Below, piece by piece: positions 1 to 13,509 of a stretch of 32,000 nucleotides of DNA (positions are counted from its first letter, which is position 1; every line of letters starts with the position of its first letter). The notes under the pieces are model-generated. The model did no database searches, was not told the origin of the DNA, and worked only from the letters and a program-made list of their open reading frames with translations. The position numbers were made by a program, and so were the translations under genes. The stretch is from Mycobacterium leprae TN. GTDB taxonomy: Bacteria; Actinomycetota; Actinomycetes; Mycobacteriales; Mycobacteriaceae. The stretch is taken from assembly GCF_000195855.1 (NCBI RefSeq), contig NC_002677.1:1620001-1652000 (forward strand). Reading direction: 5' to 3'.

Positions 1-1637
1 ATCTGCTCGGCGGGGCTCGCGCCGACGCAAGCCGTGTCCGATCAGGAGCTAACCGTGCTGTTGTCGAAGGCCGGTTCACGACGACCGACCTAGACGATGT
101 TGTAGTCGCGCAGCTTGACGGGATACTTAACGCGTCGGGATCAGAGCGCGATGAGGATGGCAGCGTGATCGTGCTGCGCTCGGTCAGCCGCGACGGGCCT
201 TCTCGCTCCTATCTCGGTGGTCGCAGCGTGCCGGCCAAGTCACTGGGCAGTTTCACCACTGAGTTGCTTGCCTTGCACGGGCAAAACGATCAGCTGCGGT
301 TGGTGCGGCCTGAGGAGCAACGCGCTGCGCTAGACCGTTACGCGGCTGCAGGCCCCAGTTGTGAGCGCTACCGCGAGCTGCGTGATGCCTGGTTGTTGGC
401 GCGGAGCGATCTCATAGATCGCCGCAATCGGATTCGGGAACTTGTCCAGGAGGCGGATCGGCTGAAATTCGCGCTGAGCGAGATCGATAGCGTTGACCCG
501 CAACCGGGCGAGGACAACGCGTTGGTCGCTGACATCGTTCGGCTCTCCGAACTGGACATGCTGCGTGAAGTCGCGGTTAATGCGCGCGCGGCGTTATCCG
601 GGGCGCTTGACGATATGGACGTGTCAGGCTCGAATGCTGTTGCTTGTATGGGACAGGCGAAGGCTGCGTTGGAATCGACCGATGACGCAACGTTGCGGGC
701 GTTCGCCGACCAAGTCGGCGAAGTGCTGACGGTGGTTGTCGAAGTGGGTCGCGAGCTCGGCGAGTATCTGGAGGAACTGCCGGTCGATGCTAGCGCACTA
801 GAGTCCAAGCTGGTTCGGCAAGCCGAACTGTGCACACTGACTCGCAAGTACGCCGCGGATATCGATGGCGTGTTGCAGTGGGCAAGGGAGTCACGCGAAC
901 GGCTGGAGCAACTTGACGTCTCCTATGAAAGGTTGGCCGGCGTTGAATCTCGTGTCGATGAGTTGGAACGCCAATTATCGCAAGCCGCAGTCGATCTCAG
1001 CAAGCTTCGACGCGATGCAGCCAATAGACTGGCCAAAGAGGTGACCGCGGAGCTGTCTGCCTTGGCGATGGTCGATGCGGAATTCACCATTAGCGTGACT
1101 ACCGATCTCATACCTTTGACCGACTATAAGCGCTCCGCTGCCGTCACGCTGCCCTCGGGCGGAGTGGCCCGAGCCGGCGCTGATGGTGTCGACCAGGTCG
1201 AGTTTGGCTTTGCTGCGCACCGCGGTATGACGGTGCTGCCGCTGGCGAAAAGCGCCTCTGGCGGTGAGCTATCTCGGGTGATGCTCGCTCTAGAGGTAGT
1301 GTTAGCTACTTCGGCGGCGGGTACCACGATGGTGTTCGATGAGGTTGATGTCGGCGTCGGCGGCAGGGCCGCAGTGCAGATCGGGCGTAGGTTGGCGCGG
1401 TTGGCCCGTACCCACCAGGTCATTGTGGTGACGCATTTGCCACAGGTTGCCGCCTATGCTGATGTCCATCTGGTGGTGCACAGTGCCGGGCTTGACGGCG
1501 CCAGCGACGTGCGTCGTCTGGCCGGCGACGATAGGGTGGCCGAGTTGGCGCGGATGCTGGCGGGGCTCGGTGAGTCTGATAGTGGCCGCGCGCACGCCCG
1601 TGAACTGCTCGATGCCGCGCGGAAAGATAAGAGCTAA
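1..1637 (+). CDS. recN: DNA repair protein RecN, C-terminal portion (5' end outside window; frame is open from nt 3)
   Basis: Open frame continues upstream of the listed ATG to the window edge (LLGGARADASRVRSGANRAVVEGRF...). ALHGQNDQ, GGELSRVMLALEVVL signature, VFDEVDVGVGG Walker B and VVTHLPQVAAYAD are typical of RecN. Confidence 0.95.
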   Translation, partial: LLGGARADASRVRSGANRAVVEGRFTTTDLDDVVVAQLDGILNASGSERDEDGSVIVLRSVSRDGPSRSYLGGRSVPAKSLGSFTTELLALHGQNDQLRLVRPEEQRAALDRYAAAGPSCERYRELRDAWLLARSDLIDRRNRIRELVQEADRLKFALSEIDSVDPQPGEDNALVADIVRLSELDMLREVAVNARAALSGALDDMDVSGSNAVACMGQAKAALESTDDATLRAFADQVGEVLTVVVEVGRELGEYLEELPVDASALESKLVRQAELCTLTRKYAADIDGVLQWARESRERLEQLDVSYERLAGVESRVDELERQLSQAAVDLSKLRRDAANRLAKEVTAELSALAMVDAEFTISVTTDLIPLTDYKRSAAVTLPSGGVARAGADGVDQVEFGFAAHRGMTVLPLAKSASGGELSRVMLALEVVLATSAAGTTMVFDEVDVGVGGRAAVQIGRRLARLARTHQVIVVTHLPQVAAYADVHLVVHSAGLDGASDVRRLAGDDRVAELARMLAGLGESDSGRAHARELLDAARKDKS

Positions 1638-1822
1638 TTTGGTCCGCGCTGCTGCGAGCGATCGTGTCCGTACCCCGACACGCCGCAAAACCTGTACATC
1701 TGCGGACGTTTGTGCGATCAAATCGTTACTATCTTGTGATAGATGTTACTGCAGAAACTTCTGATACTAATATTACGGCGCGTCTCCTAGGCTCAGCCGC
1801 ACTTGACCGCCAGGATTGCCCT

Positions 1823-3004
1823 ATGAGGATGTCAGCACTGCTTTCCCGCAATAACTCCCGGCCGGGGTTGGTTGGGACCGCTCGAGTTGATCGGAATATC
1901 GACCGATTGCTACGTAGAATCTGCCCCGGCGACATTGTGGTCCTCGACGTCCTGGATCTGGATCGGATCACAGCTGACGCATTGGTGGAGGCCGATATCG
2001 TTGCCGTCGTTAACGCATCGCCGTCGGTCTCGGGCCGTTACCCGAATCTGGGTCCAGAGGTTTTGGTCAATAACGGAGTCACGCTGATCGACGAAACCGG
2101 ACCGGAAGTCTTCAAAAAAATCAAGGACGGTGCCAAGATTCGCCTTCATGAAGGCGGCGTGTACTCCGGCGACCGCCGATTGATCTGCGGCACCGAGCGC
2201 ACAGACCATGACATTGCCGATCTGATGCGGGAAGCCAAAAGCGGGCTAGCCACCCACTTGGAAGCCTTCGCCGGCAACACCATTGAATTCATCAAAAGTG
2301 AAAGCCCGTTGTTGATCGACGGCATTGGCATCCCCGACATCGACGTCGACCTGCGCCGCCGGCATGTGGTAATTGTTGCCGACGAGCCTAGCGCCGCCGA
2401 TGATCTGAAATCTCTCAAGCCATTCATCAAGGAGTACCAGCCGGTGTTGGTTGGCGTCAGCGGCGGTGCGGATGTGTTGCGAAAGGCCGGCTATCGTCCA
2501 CAACTCATCGTCGGTGACCCCGAGCAGATCAGCACTGAAGCACTTAGGTGCGGTGCTCACGTGGTGTTGCCTGCTGACGCTGACGGACACGCGCCTGGTC
2601 TGGAAAGAATTCAGGATCTTGGGGTCGGGGCGATGACGTTTCCAGCCGCTGGCTCGGCCACCGATTTGGCACTACTGCTGGCCGATCATCATGGCGCGGC
2701 ACTGCTGGTCACGGCCGGCCATACTGCTAATATCGAGACGTTCTTCGACCGCACACGTACGCAGAGCAACCCATCGACCTTTCTTACTAGGTTGCGGGTG
2801 GGGGAAAAGCTAGTGGACGCCAAAGCAGTCGCCACCCTCTATCGTAACCATATTTCGTTTGGAGCTATTGCGTTGCTGGCGTTGATCATGTTGATCGCAG
2901 TCATCGTCGCGTTGTGGGTATCACGCACCGATGGTGTAGTGCTGCACGGGGTTATCGACTACTGGAACCGCTTTTCCCTTTGGATACAGCGCCTGATCGC
3001 CTAA
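1823..3004 (+). CDS. steA: SteA-like conserved membrane-anchored protein (putative cytokinetic ring protein SteA; thiamin pyrophosphokinase-like fold)
   Basis: ORF 1664-3004. Most likely start is ATG 1823 (MRMSALLSRNNSRPGLVGTARVDRNIDRLLRRI...). C-terminal TM segment ISFGAIALLALIMLIAVIVALWV. Sits between recN and mctB as in mycobacteria. Confidence 0.82.
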   Translation: MRMSALLSRNNSRPGLVGTARVDRNIDRLLRRICPGDIVVLDVLDLDRITADALVEADIVAVVNASPSVSGRYPNLGPEVLVNNGVTLIDETGPEVFKKIKDGAKIRLHEGGVYSGDRRLICGTERTDHDIADLMREAKSGLATHLEAFAGNTIEFIKSESPLLIDGIGIPDIDVDLRRRHVVIVADEPSAADDLKSLKPFIKEYQPVLVGVSGGADVLRKAGYRPQLIVGDPEQISTEALRCGAHVVLPADADGHAPGLERIQDLGVGAMTFPAAGSATDLALLLADHHGAALLVTAGHTANIETFFDRTRTQSNPSTFLTRLRVGEKLVDAKAVATLYRNHISFGAIALLALIMLIAVIVALWVSRTDGVVLHGVIDYWNRFSLWIQRLIA

Positions 3005-3025
3005 TTTCCCGAGGTACGTGCACTC

Positions 3026-3979
3026 ATGATCTCGTTACGCCAACATGCGTTCTCCCTGGCTGCAGTCTTCTTGGCGTTGGCCGTGGGAGTTGTACTGGGT
3101 TCCGGATTTTTGTCAGACACTTTGTTGTCCAGTCTGCGTGACGAGAAGCGGGACCTATACACGCAGATCAGTGGGCTCAACGACCAGAAGAACATGCTGA
3201 ACGAGAAAGTCAGTGCAGCAAATAACTTCGATAACCAGCTACTAGGTCGGATCGTGCACGACGTGCTTGGGGGCACGTCGGTGGTGGTCTTCCGCACTCC
3301 GGATGCAAAAGATGACGATGTCGCGGCGGTGTCGAAAATCGTGGTCCAGGCCGGCGGGACGGTCACCGGAACGGTGTCGCTGACGCAGGAATTTGTCGAT
3401 GCCAACTCCACGGAAAAGCTTCGCAGCGTCGTGAATTCGTCGATTCTGCCAGCCGGTGCACAGTTGAGCACCAAGCTCGTCGACCAAGGTTCGCAGGCTG
3501 GCGACCTGCTGGGGATCACATTGCTGGTCAACGCTAACCCGGCCGTCCCCAATGTCGGAGATGCTCAGCGCAGTACCGTCCTAGTGGCACTGCGTGACAC
3601 AGGTTTCATCACTTACCAGACCTACAATCGAAATGATCACCTGGGGGCGGCGAACGCCGCGCTAGTCATTACCGGCGGTTTACTACCCCAAGATGCCGGC
3701 AATCAAGGGGTCAGCGTGGCCCGGTTTTCCGCCGCACTCGCTCCGCATGGTTCTGGCACCCTGCTTGCTGGCCGGGACGGCTCGGCGACGGGAGTCGCCG
3801 CCGTGGCGGTAGCCCGCGCCGATGCTGGCATGGCCGCCACGATCAGCACCGTCGATAACGTCGATGCCGAACCTGGGCGGATCACCGCGATCCTGGGTCT
3901 GCACGACTTGCTCAGTGGCGGCCATACCGGGCAGTACGGCGTCGGACACGGGGCTACCTCGATCACCGTGCCCCAGTAG
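3026..3979 (+). CDS. mctB: Copper transporter / outer-membrane channel-family protein (MctB-like, Rv1698-type)
   Basis: 317 aa ORF starting MISLRQHAFSLAAVFLALAVGVVLGSGFLSDTLLSSLRDEK, an N-terminal TM plus coiled coil. Position between steA and pyrG. Confidence 0.85.
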   Translation: MISLRQHAFSLAAVFLALAVGVVLGSGFLSDTLLSSLRDEKRDLYTQISGLNDQKNMLNEKVSAANNFDNQLLGRIVHDVLGGTSVVVFRTPDAKDDDVAAVSKIVVQAGGTVTGTVSLTQEFVDANSTEKLRSVVNSSILPAGAQLSTKLVDQGSQAGDLLGITLLVNANPAVPNVGDAQRSTVLVALRDTGFITYQTYNRNDHLGAANAALVITGGLLPQDAGNQGVSVARFSAALAPHGSGTLLAGRDGSATGVAAVAVARADAGMAATISTVDNVDAEPGRITAILGLHDLLSGGHTGQYGVGHGATSITVPQ

Positions 3980-3995
3980 GTTCGGACCCCAGTAG

Positions 3996-6537
<2,542 letters not shown>

Positions 6538-6541
<4 letters not shown>

Positions 6542-7488
6542 CGACGGCCGCGCTTCAGACACAGCTGCAGGGCTACCTCGACTATCTGATCATCGAGCGC
6601 AGTATAGCGGCAAACACGCTGAGCTCCTATCGCCGTGACCTGATCCGCTACTCCAAGCACTTGTCAGATCGGGGAATTGAGGATCTGGCCAAGGTCGGTG
6701 AGCACGATGTTAGCGAGTTCTTGGTGGCGCTGCGCCGTGGGGATCCCGATTCCGGGGTGGCGGCGCTGTCTGCGGTGTCGGCGGCGCGAGCGTTGATCGC
6801 AGTGCGCGGTTTGCATCGGTTCGCTGTCGCCGAAGGGTTGGTCGACCTGGATGTTGCGCGAGCTGTCCGTCCGCCTACGCCAGGACGTCGGTTGCCCAAG
6901 AGCTTGACAGTTGACGAGGTGCTGGCTTTGCTGGAGAGTGTGGGCGGCGAAAGTCGGGCCGACGGACCGCTGGTACTACGCAATCGGGCGTTGCTGGAGT
7001 TGTTGTACTCTACCGGATCCCGGATTTCTGAAGCTGTTGGGCTTGATGTCGACGATGTCGACACCCAGGCCAGGACGGTGTTGTTGCAGGGGAAGGGCGG
7101 CAAGCAGCGGCTAGTACCGGTGGGGCGTCCCGCCGTGCAAGCGCTGGATGCCTATCTGGTGCGTGGACGCTCCGATCTGGCTCGTCGGGGTCCTGGAATG
7201 CTTGCGACGCCAGCCATTTTTCTCAATGCGCGCGGAGGTCGGTTGTCGCGTCAAAGTGCGTGGCAAGTTCTGCAAGATGCTGCTGAACATGCCGGTATCA
7301 CTTCGGGTGTGTCGCCGCACATGTTGCGGCATTCCTTTGCCACCCACTTACTCGAAGGTGGCGCCGACATCCGGGTTGTGCAGGAGTTAATGGGTCATGC
7401 CTCGGTCACGACAACGCAGATCTACACGTTGGTTACTGTCCAGGCGTTACGTGAAGTGTGGGCCGGGGCGCACCCTAGGGCCAAATAG
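6538..7488 (+). CDS. xerD: Site-specific tyrosine recombinase XerD
   Basis: 316 aa. [17 protein letters not shown]-terminus; catalytic [43 protein letters not shown]. Confidence 0.96.
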
Positions 7489-7547
7489 CTCCGCGTTTCA
7501 GCCCAGGTATTTGGAATTCCATCACCAGACTGGGGCGCCAGCGTCTG

Positions 7548-7740
7548 CTATTTGAAGTGCGTCTTGTGCTCGATGGTGTTCCATAGCGCGCCTTGCTGGC
7601 CTCGCATGTATTTGCGGTACTTCGGTGCGTCAGGAACCATGACCTTGCAGGTAACCACGATCGAGCCCCGATGTAGCCAGCCCAGGTTGGTAATGCTTTG
7701 TAGATCGTCGAGATAGACCTTTCTTGTTGTAGTAGAGGAG
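7548..7740 (-). pseudogene. 3' remnant of a catechol/class I O-methyltransferase (Rv1703c-like)
   Basis: Manual minus-strand translation gives ..YLDDLQSITNLGWLHRGSIVVTCKVMVPDAPKYRKYMRGQQGALWNTIEHKTHFK*. This resembles the typical end of these enzymes (..LLRKGTVLLADNV..PGAPKYR.YM....WNTIEHKTH). No remaining N-terminal half could be read. Confidence 0.6.
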
Positions 7741-8028
7741 CACGAAATTGATAGTTTCAGTGAAGAATTCGTGGTTCATTGGGGATCGCCTTACTACTGC
7801 GAAAGGCAATGATTAGAATGAGGTTTGATGCAGCTGTGCGGTACGGCACACAGTGTCCTGTATAGTTCTCTGCTTGGTGCTGTGGCGGCTCCCTGTGGTC
7901 GACAGAGCCGCTATTATCGTAATTGCCGCCCCACTACCACTGTGGGTCTCCAAACTCGGGCGCGTACAGACGTTAGACTTTCCTGCGATGCTCACCGTGA
8001 TGCCTGTCCCTATGAGTCGTTACCGGCA

Positions 8029-8892
8029 ATGATCGACCACCTCGATAGCGTTGTAGAGATCGGGCTGACCGGACGGCCGCCACGGGCCATCCCAGAACCC
8101 AGGCCGCGTAGCTCGCACGGTCCGGCCAAGGTCGTCGCGATGTGCAACCAGAAGGGTGGCGTCGGGAAAACCACGTCGACGATCAACCTGGGTGCCGCCC
8201 TCACCGAATTCGGCCGGAGGGTGCTGCTGGTGGATATAGACCCGCAGGGCGCACTGTCGGCAGGCCTTGGCGTACCGCATTACGAGCTAGACCGGACAAT
8301 CCACAACCTAATGGTGGAACCACTGGTATCGATCGACGACGTGCTGATCCACACACGGGTCAGATACTTAGATTTGGTACCCAGCAATATCGACCTGTCG
8401 GCTGCCGAGATCCAGTTGGTTAACGAGGTGGGGCGAGAGCAGACCTTGGCGCGGGCGTTGCACCCGGTACTGGACCGCTACGATTATGTGCTGATTGACT
8501 GCCAGCCTTCGCTGGGCCTACTCACCGTTAACGGACTGGCTTGTGCAGAGGGCGTAGTTATCCCGACGGAATGCGAATTCTTCTCGCTGCGTGGGCTGGC
8601 GTTGCTTACCGACACCGTAGACAAGGTGCGTGATCGGCTCAACCCGAAGTTGGAAATCAGCGGCATCCTGATTACTCGATATGACCCGCGCACTGTCAAC
8701 GCACGCGAGGTTATGGCACGTGTCGTAGAACGGTTCGGCGACCTGGTCTTTGACACTGTGATCACCCGTACGGTCCGGTTTCCTGAGACCAGTGTCGCGG
8801 GTGAACCCATCACCACGTGGGCACCGAAATCGGGCGGCGCCAGGGCCTATCGCGCATTGGCCTGTGAATTCATCGACCGCTTCGGCGCGTGA
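8029..8892 (+). CDS. ParA/Soj-family ATPase, adjacent to scpAB (Rv1708-like)
   Basis: KVVAMCNQKGGVGKTTSTINLGAAL deviant Walker A; VLLVDIDPQGALSAGLG; YVLIDCQPSLGLLTVNGL. The ORF opens at 7825 but homology is convincing only from about 8029-8070, so the start is uncertain. Confidence 0.9.
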   Translation: MIDHLDSVVEIGLTGRPPRAIPEPRPRSSHGPAKVVAMCNQKGGVGKTTSTINLGAALTEFGRRVLLVDIDPQGALSAGLGVPHYELDRTIHNLMVEPLVSIDDVLIHTRVRYLDLVPSNIDLSAAEIQLVNEVGREQTLARALHPVLDRYDYVLIDCQPSLGLLTVNGLACAEGVVIPTECEFFSLRGLALLTDTVDKVRDRLNPKLEISGILITRYDPRTVNAREVMARVVERFGDLVFDTVITRTVRFPETSVAGEPITTWAPKSGGARAYRALACEFIDRFGA

Positions 8893-9695
8893 ACAGTGAG
8901 GCTCCACACCAGAACGGCTTCCAGGTTCGGCTCACCAACTTTGAGGGGCCGTTCGATCTGTTGCTACACTTGATCTGCGCCCACCGCCTAGATGTTACCG
9001 AGGTTGCGTTGCACCAGGTCACCGACGACTTCATTGCGTACATTCGTCGGCTCGGCCCTCAATTGGGTCTCGAGGAAACCACAGCATTCCTGGTGATTGC
9101 CGCGACCCTGATCGATCTCAAGGCCGCCCGGCTGCTACCAGCCGGGCGGGTCGAGGACGAAGAGGACCTGGCGCTTCTGGAAGGTCGCGATCTGCTGTTC
9201 GCCCGACTGCTGCAATACCGCGCGTTCAAGCGCGTTGCGCAGATATTCGCCGAGTTGGAAGCCACCGCGCTGCGTAGCTATCCACACGCGGTATTCTTGG
9301 AAGAGCGGTTCGCCAGCCTGCTTCCCGAGGTGATGATCGGCGTCGACGCCGATCGGTTTGCTGAGATCGCCGCGTTCACGTTCACCCCCCGGCCAGTGCC
9401 GATTGTGGCCACCGGGCACTTGCACGAGCTGAAAATCTCGGTTCCCGAGCAAGCCAAACGATTGCTGGCGATGCTCGAAGCACGGGGCAACGGCCAATGG
9501 ACCTCATTTTCTGAGTTGGTCGCCGACTGCCGGGAGCCGATCGAGGTGGTCGGGTGCTTCCTTGCTCTGCTCGAATTATATCGGACCCGGGCGATAGCAT
9601 TCGAGCAGGCCGAGCCACTTGGTGTGCTTCAAGTTTCGTGGGCCGGGGAACGACTAGCCAGTGAAGCCTTGGCAGAAGTGCGAGACGAATCATGA
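8889..9695 (+). CDS. scpA: Segregation and condensation protein A
   Basis: FQVRLTNFEGPFDLLLHLICAHRLDVTEVALHQVTDDFIAYI and C-terminal winged-helix FLALLELYRTRAIAFEQAEPLGVLQV. Overlaps the parA-like stop. Confidence 0.94.
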   Translation: MNSEAPHQNGFQVRLTNFEGPFDLLLHLICAHRLDVTEVALHQVTDDFIAYIRRLGPQLGLEETTAFLVIAATLIDLKAARLLPAGRVEDEEDLALLEGRDLLFARLLQYRAFKRVAQIFAELEATALRSYPHAVFLEERFASLLPEVMIGVDADRFAEIAAFTFTPRPVPIVATGHLHELKISVPEQAKRLLAMLEARGNGQWTSFSELVADCREPIEVVGCFLALLELYRTRAIAFEQAEPLGVLQVSWAGERLASEALAEVRDES

Positions 9696-10438
9696 TTGGT
9701 GTCGGCGACGATGCAGAGCGCAGCGATGAGGAGGAGCGGTGCTTGACCCAAGAAATGCCCGATCTCGAACTGGACTCTGGAATCCCGAACATAGCTGAGG
9801 CGTCAAAGCTCGATGCCGACGAACTCGGTTGTGTGTTGGAAGCGCTGTTGTTGGTGGTGGACACCCCGGTGACTGTCGAGGCACTAGCTGCGGCCGCCGA
9901 GCAACCTGTTGACCGGATCGCTGCAAAGCTGCGGTTGATGGTTAACGAATTCGCCGAACGCGACAGCGGTATCGATCTGCGGCACTCGGCTGAGGGGTGG
10001 AGGTTGTACACCCGTGCCCGATATGCACCCTACGTCGAGAGGCTGCTGTTGGATGGTGCGCGCACCAAGCTGACCCGCGCCGCGCTCGAGACGCTGGCCG
10101 TGGTCGCCTACCGTCAGCCTGTGACGCGGGCACGGGTGAGCGCGGTTCGCGGTGTCAATGTGGACGCCGTCATGCGCACCTTGTTGGCGCGCGGCCTAAT
10201 CACCGAGGTTGGCCCTGAGCCCGACTCCGGCGCGGTGATGTTCGCGACCACCGAGCTATTTCTGGAGCGCTTGGGGTTGACCTCACTTGCCGAGCTTCCC
10301 GACATCGCGCCGCTGCTTCCCGACGTCGACACTATCGAAGACATGAGCGAGTTTCTGGACAAAAAGCCACGTTTCATCAAGCTTACCGGCGCCAAAGTGT
10401 CTAAGCAGCCACGGTCGTTCGATGTGAACCAGGATTGA
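9692..10438 (+). CDS. scpB: Segregation and condensation protein B (start uncertain)
   Basis: ELGCVLEALLLVVDTPVTVEALAAA... LETLAVVAYRQPVTRARVSAVRGVNVDAVMRTLLARGLI. Position directly after scpA. Confidence 0.93.
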   Translation: MIGVGDDAERSDEEERCLTQEMPDLELDSGIPNIAEASKLDADELGCVLEALLLVVDTPVTVEALAAAAEQPVDRIAAKLRLMVNEFAERDSGIDLRHSAEGWRLYTRARYAPYVERLLLDGARTKLTRAALETLAVVAYRQPVTRARVSAVRGVNVDAVMRTLLARGLITEVGPEPDSGAVMFATTELFLERLGLTSLAELPDIAPLLPDVDTIEDMSEFLDKKPRFIKLTGAKVSKQPRSFDVNQD

Positions 10439-11208
10439 TGGTCGAGATCCACGATTCTAGGATGGACCGGGGTGCTGGGGCGGTCCGTCTGCAAAAGATA
10501 TTGTCCCGGGCTGGGATTGCGTCGCGGCGGGCCGCCGAGAAGCTAATCATCGAAGGCCGTGTCGAAGTGGACGGTCAGCTGGTGAGGGAGTTGGGTACCC
10601 GGGTCGACCCGGATGTCTCGGTAGTTCGGGTCGATGGGGTCAAGGTAGTGGTCGACGACTCGCTGGTGTATCTGGCGCTGAACAAGCCGCGCGGCATGTA
10701 CTCGACCATGTCGGACGACCGCGGCCGGCCCTGTGTCGGTGATTTGATCGAGCGCCGGGTGCGGGGCAATAAGAAGCTGTTTCATGTAGGGCGGCTAGAC
10801 GCCGATACCGAAGGGCTGATCTTGTTGACTAACGATGGCGAGTTAGCACACCGGTTGATGCATCCGTCCCATGAGGTGTCCAAGACGTATTTGGCGACGG
10901 TGAAAGGGGCGGTTCCGCGTGGGTTAGGTAAGAAGCTAAGCGTGGGACTTGAGTTGGACGACGGCCCGGCGCATGTCGATGATTTCGCGGTGGTAGACGC
11001 GATCCCAGGTAAGACGTTGGTGCGGTTGACGTTGCACGAAGGACGTAAGCGCATTGTACGTCGGCTACTGACAGCTGCAGGCTTCCCTGTAGAGATGCTG
11101 GTCCGCACCGATATCGGTGCGGTGTCGCTGGGAGATCAGCGTCCGGGCTGCCTTCGGGCTTTGCTCCGTGATGAGATCAGACAACTGTATAAAGAGGTGG
11201 GCCTGTGA
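10435..11208 (+). CDS. rluB: Ribosomal large-subunit pseudouridine synthase B (RsuA/RluB family)
   Basis: S4 domain [22 protein letters not shown]; catalytic [38 protein letters not shown]; [21 protein letters not shown]. Confidence 0.9.
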
Positions 11209-11876
11209 CCGATATTGTTGTCGCCATCGACGGACCGGCGGGGACCGGAAAATCTTCCGTGTCAAGGGGACTAGCGCGTGAGCTGGGGGCGCGCTACTTA
11301 GATACCGGGGCAATGTACCGTATGATGACATTGGCGGTGCTGCGCGCCGGAATTGATCCAGCAGATGCTGCAGCGATTGGGGAGAGTGTTTGGAAAGTGC
11401 AGATGCTCTCCGATCATGATCGTTATTTCCTTGGTGGAGAGGATGTTTCATCTGAGATACGGACTGAGGAGGTCACCCAGGCGGTGTCGGCGGTGTCGGC
11501 GATTCCTGCCGTGCGCGTCCGGCTTGTTGATCTGCAGCGACAGATGGCCGAAGGGCGAGGCAGTGTCGTTGTAGAGGGCCGCGATATTGGGACCGTTGTA
11601 TTACCCGACGCTCCGGTGAAGATCTTTCTGACGGCATCGCCCGAAACCCGCGCGCGACGTCGCAACGACCAGAATGTCGCGTCAGGTTCGGCCGACGATT
11701 ATGACCGCGTGTTGGCCGAAGTGCGCCGCCGCGACCATCTCGACTCCACCCGGGCGGTGTCGCCGTTGTATGTGGCTCAAGACGCCATGATTGTTGACAC
11801 CAGCAAGATGGCTGAAGCCGAGGTGATCGCCCACCTAATGGACTTGGTGAAGCAGCGCAGTGGGGCGGTGTGGTGA
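11205..11876 (+). CDS. cmk: Cytidylate kinase
   Basis: [35 protein letters not shown]; [26 protein letters not shown]; [12 protein letters not shown]. Overlaps der. Confidence 0.96.
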
Positions 11877-13258
11877 GCCAGGATGGCACCTGGAGTGACG
11901 AAAGCGACTGGGAACTTGACGATTCGGATCTAGCCGAGTTCGGGCCGGTGGTGGCGGTGGTGGGCAGGCCTAATGTCGGCAAATCGACGTTGGTTAACCG
12001 AATTCTGGGCCGGCGCGAAGCGGTGGTGCAGGATGTTCCCGGGGTGACTCGCGACCGAGTCTCCTATGATGCAATGTGGACCGGACGTCGGTTCGTCGTA
12101 CAGGACACCGGAGGATGGGAACCCGACGCCAAAGGCCTCAAACGGCTGGTGGCGGAGCAGGCGTCGGTGGCCATGCGCACCGCCGACGCGGTGATCCTTG
12201 TGGTTGACGTCGGTGTCGGGGCCACTGACGCCGACGAAGCCGCAGCTCGGATTTTGCTCCGCTCGGGTAAGCTGGTATTCTTAGCAGCCAACAAGGTGGA
12301 CGGCGAAAAGGGCGAATCGGACGCGTCGGCATTGTGGTCGCTGGGACTGGGTGAGCCGCACGCAATCAGTGCGATGCATGGTCGCGGCGTAGCTGACCTG
12401 CTTGACAAGGTGCTGGCCGCACTGCCCAACGTGGCTGAATCGACGTCGCTTGACGGCGGTCTTCGGCGTGTGGCGCTCGTCGGCAAGCCCAATGTGGGCA
12501 AGAGTTCATTGCTGAACAAGTTGGCAGGTGACCAGCGTTCGGTAGTCCACGAGGCCGCAGGGACGACAGTAGACCCTGTGGACTCACTTATTGAAATGGG
12601 CGGCAGGGTCTGGCGTTTCGTCGACACCGCGGGTTTGCGTCGAAAAGTCGGTCAGGCAAGCGGGCACGAATTCTATGCTTCGGTGCGCACTCATGGGGCC
12701 ATCGATTCGGCCGAAGTGGTGATCATGCTGATCGACGCATCGGAGCCGCTAACGGGACAAGATCAGCGGGTGCTCTCTATGGTTATCGATGCTGGTCGCG
12801 CGTTGGTGCTGGCCTTCAATAAGTGGGATCTAGTTGACGAAGATCGGTGCGATCTGCTGGAGCGCGAGATCGATCGTGAGCTGGTGCAGGTGCGTTGGGC
12901 GCAACGGGTCAATATCTCCGCCAAGACGGGCCGGGCGGTGCAGAAACTGGTGCCGGCGATGGAAAATTCGCTGGCGTCGTGGGATACCAGAATTGCGACC
13001 GGCCCGCTGAACATATGGATTAAGGCAGTGGTGGCGGCGACACCACCCCCGGTGCGCGGTGGCAAGCAGCCGCGCATACTATTCGCTACCCAGGCGACTG
13101 CTCGACCGCCGACGTTCGTGCTGTTCACGACTGGTTTTCTGGAAGCCTGCTACCGACGCTTCCTAGAACGTCGGCTACGTGAGACGTTTGGGTTTGAGGG
13201 CAGTCCGATCCGGATCAATGTGCGAGTGCGCGAAAAACGGGGACTCAAGCGCCGCTAA
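11870..13258 (+). CDS. der: Ribosome-associated GTPase Der/EngA (two GTPase domains)
   Basis: Two G1 motifs: [14 protein letters not shown] and [15 protein letters not shown]3 DTGGW and DTAGL; G4 NKVD and NKWD; KH-like C-terminus. Confidence 0.97.
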
Positions 13259-13509
13259 CTGTGTTGCATCGTCGCTAGGCTGAGCCGTCATCCGGAAGTT
13301 AGTGCTCCGGATGGTGAAAGTCGTTGTTATCATATACCATTGGTGATCATGGAGAAGAAATTCACTCGGTCATTCCTTGTCATTACTTCTGCGAATTTGC
13401 CTGTACTCTAACCTATTTCGTGTAACCCATGATATGGAAGACAACAGAATGTCAACTTGGCCATGTTAGTCAGTCCGCTGACGGCTCACTCGTCCATGTA
13501 GTGATCGTC

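Noticed and set aside
368-847. 159-aa antisense ORF within recN, and similar antisense or alternate-frame ORFs over xerD, pyrG, scpA, scpB, cmk and der.
   Set aside because: Ser/Arg/Ala-rich shadow ORFs opposite well-supported genes in GC-rich DNA.
11870-13258. Internal repeat inside der (two similar GTPase motifs).
   Set aside because: Normal tandem G-domain architecture of Der/EngA, not a duplication artefact.
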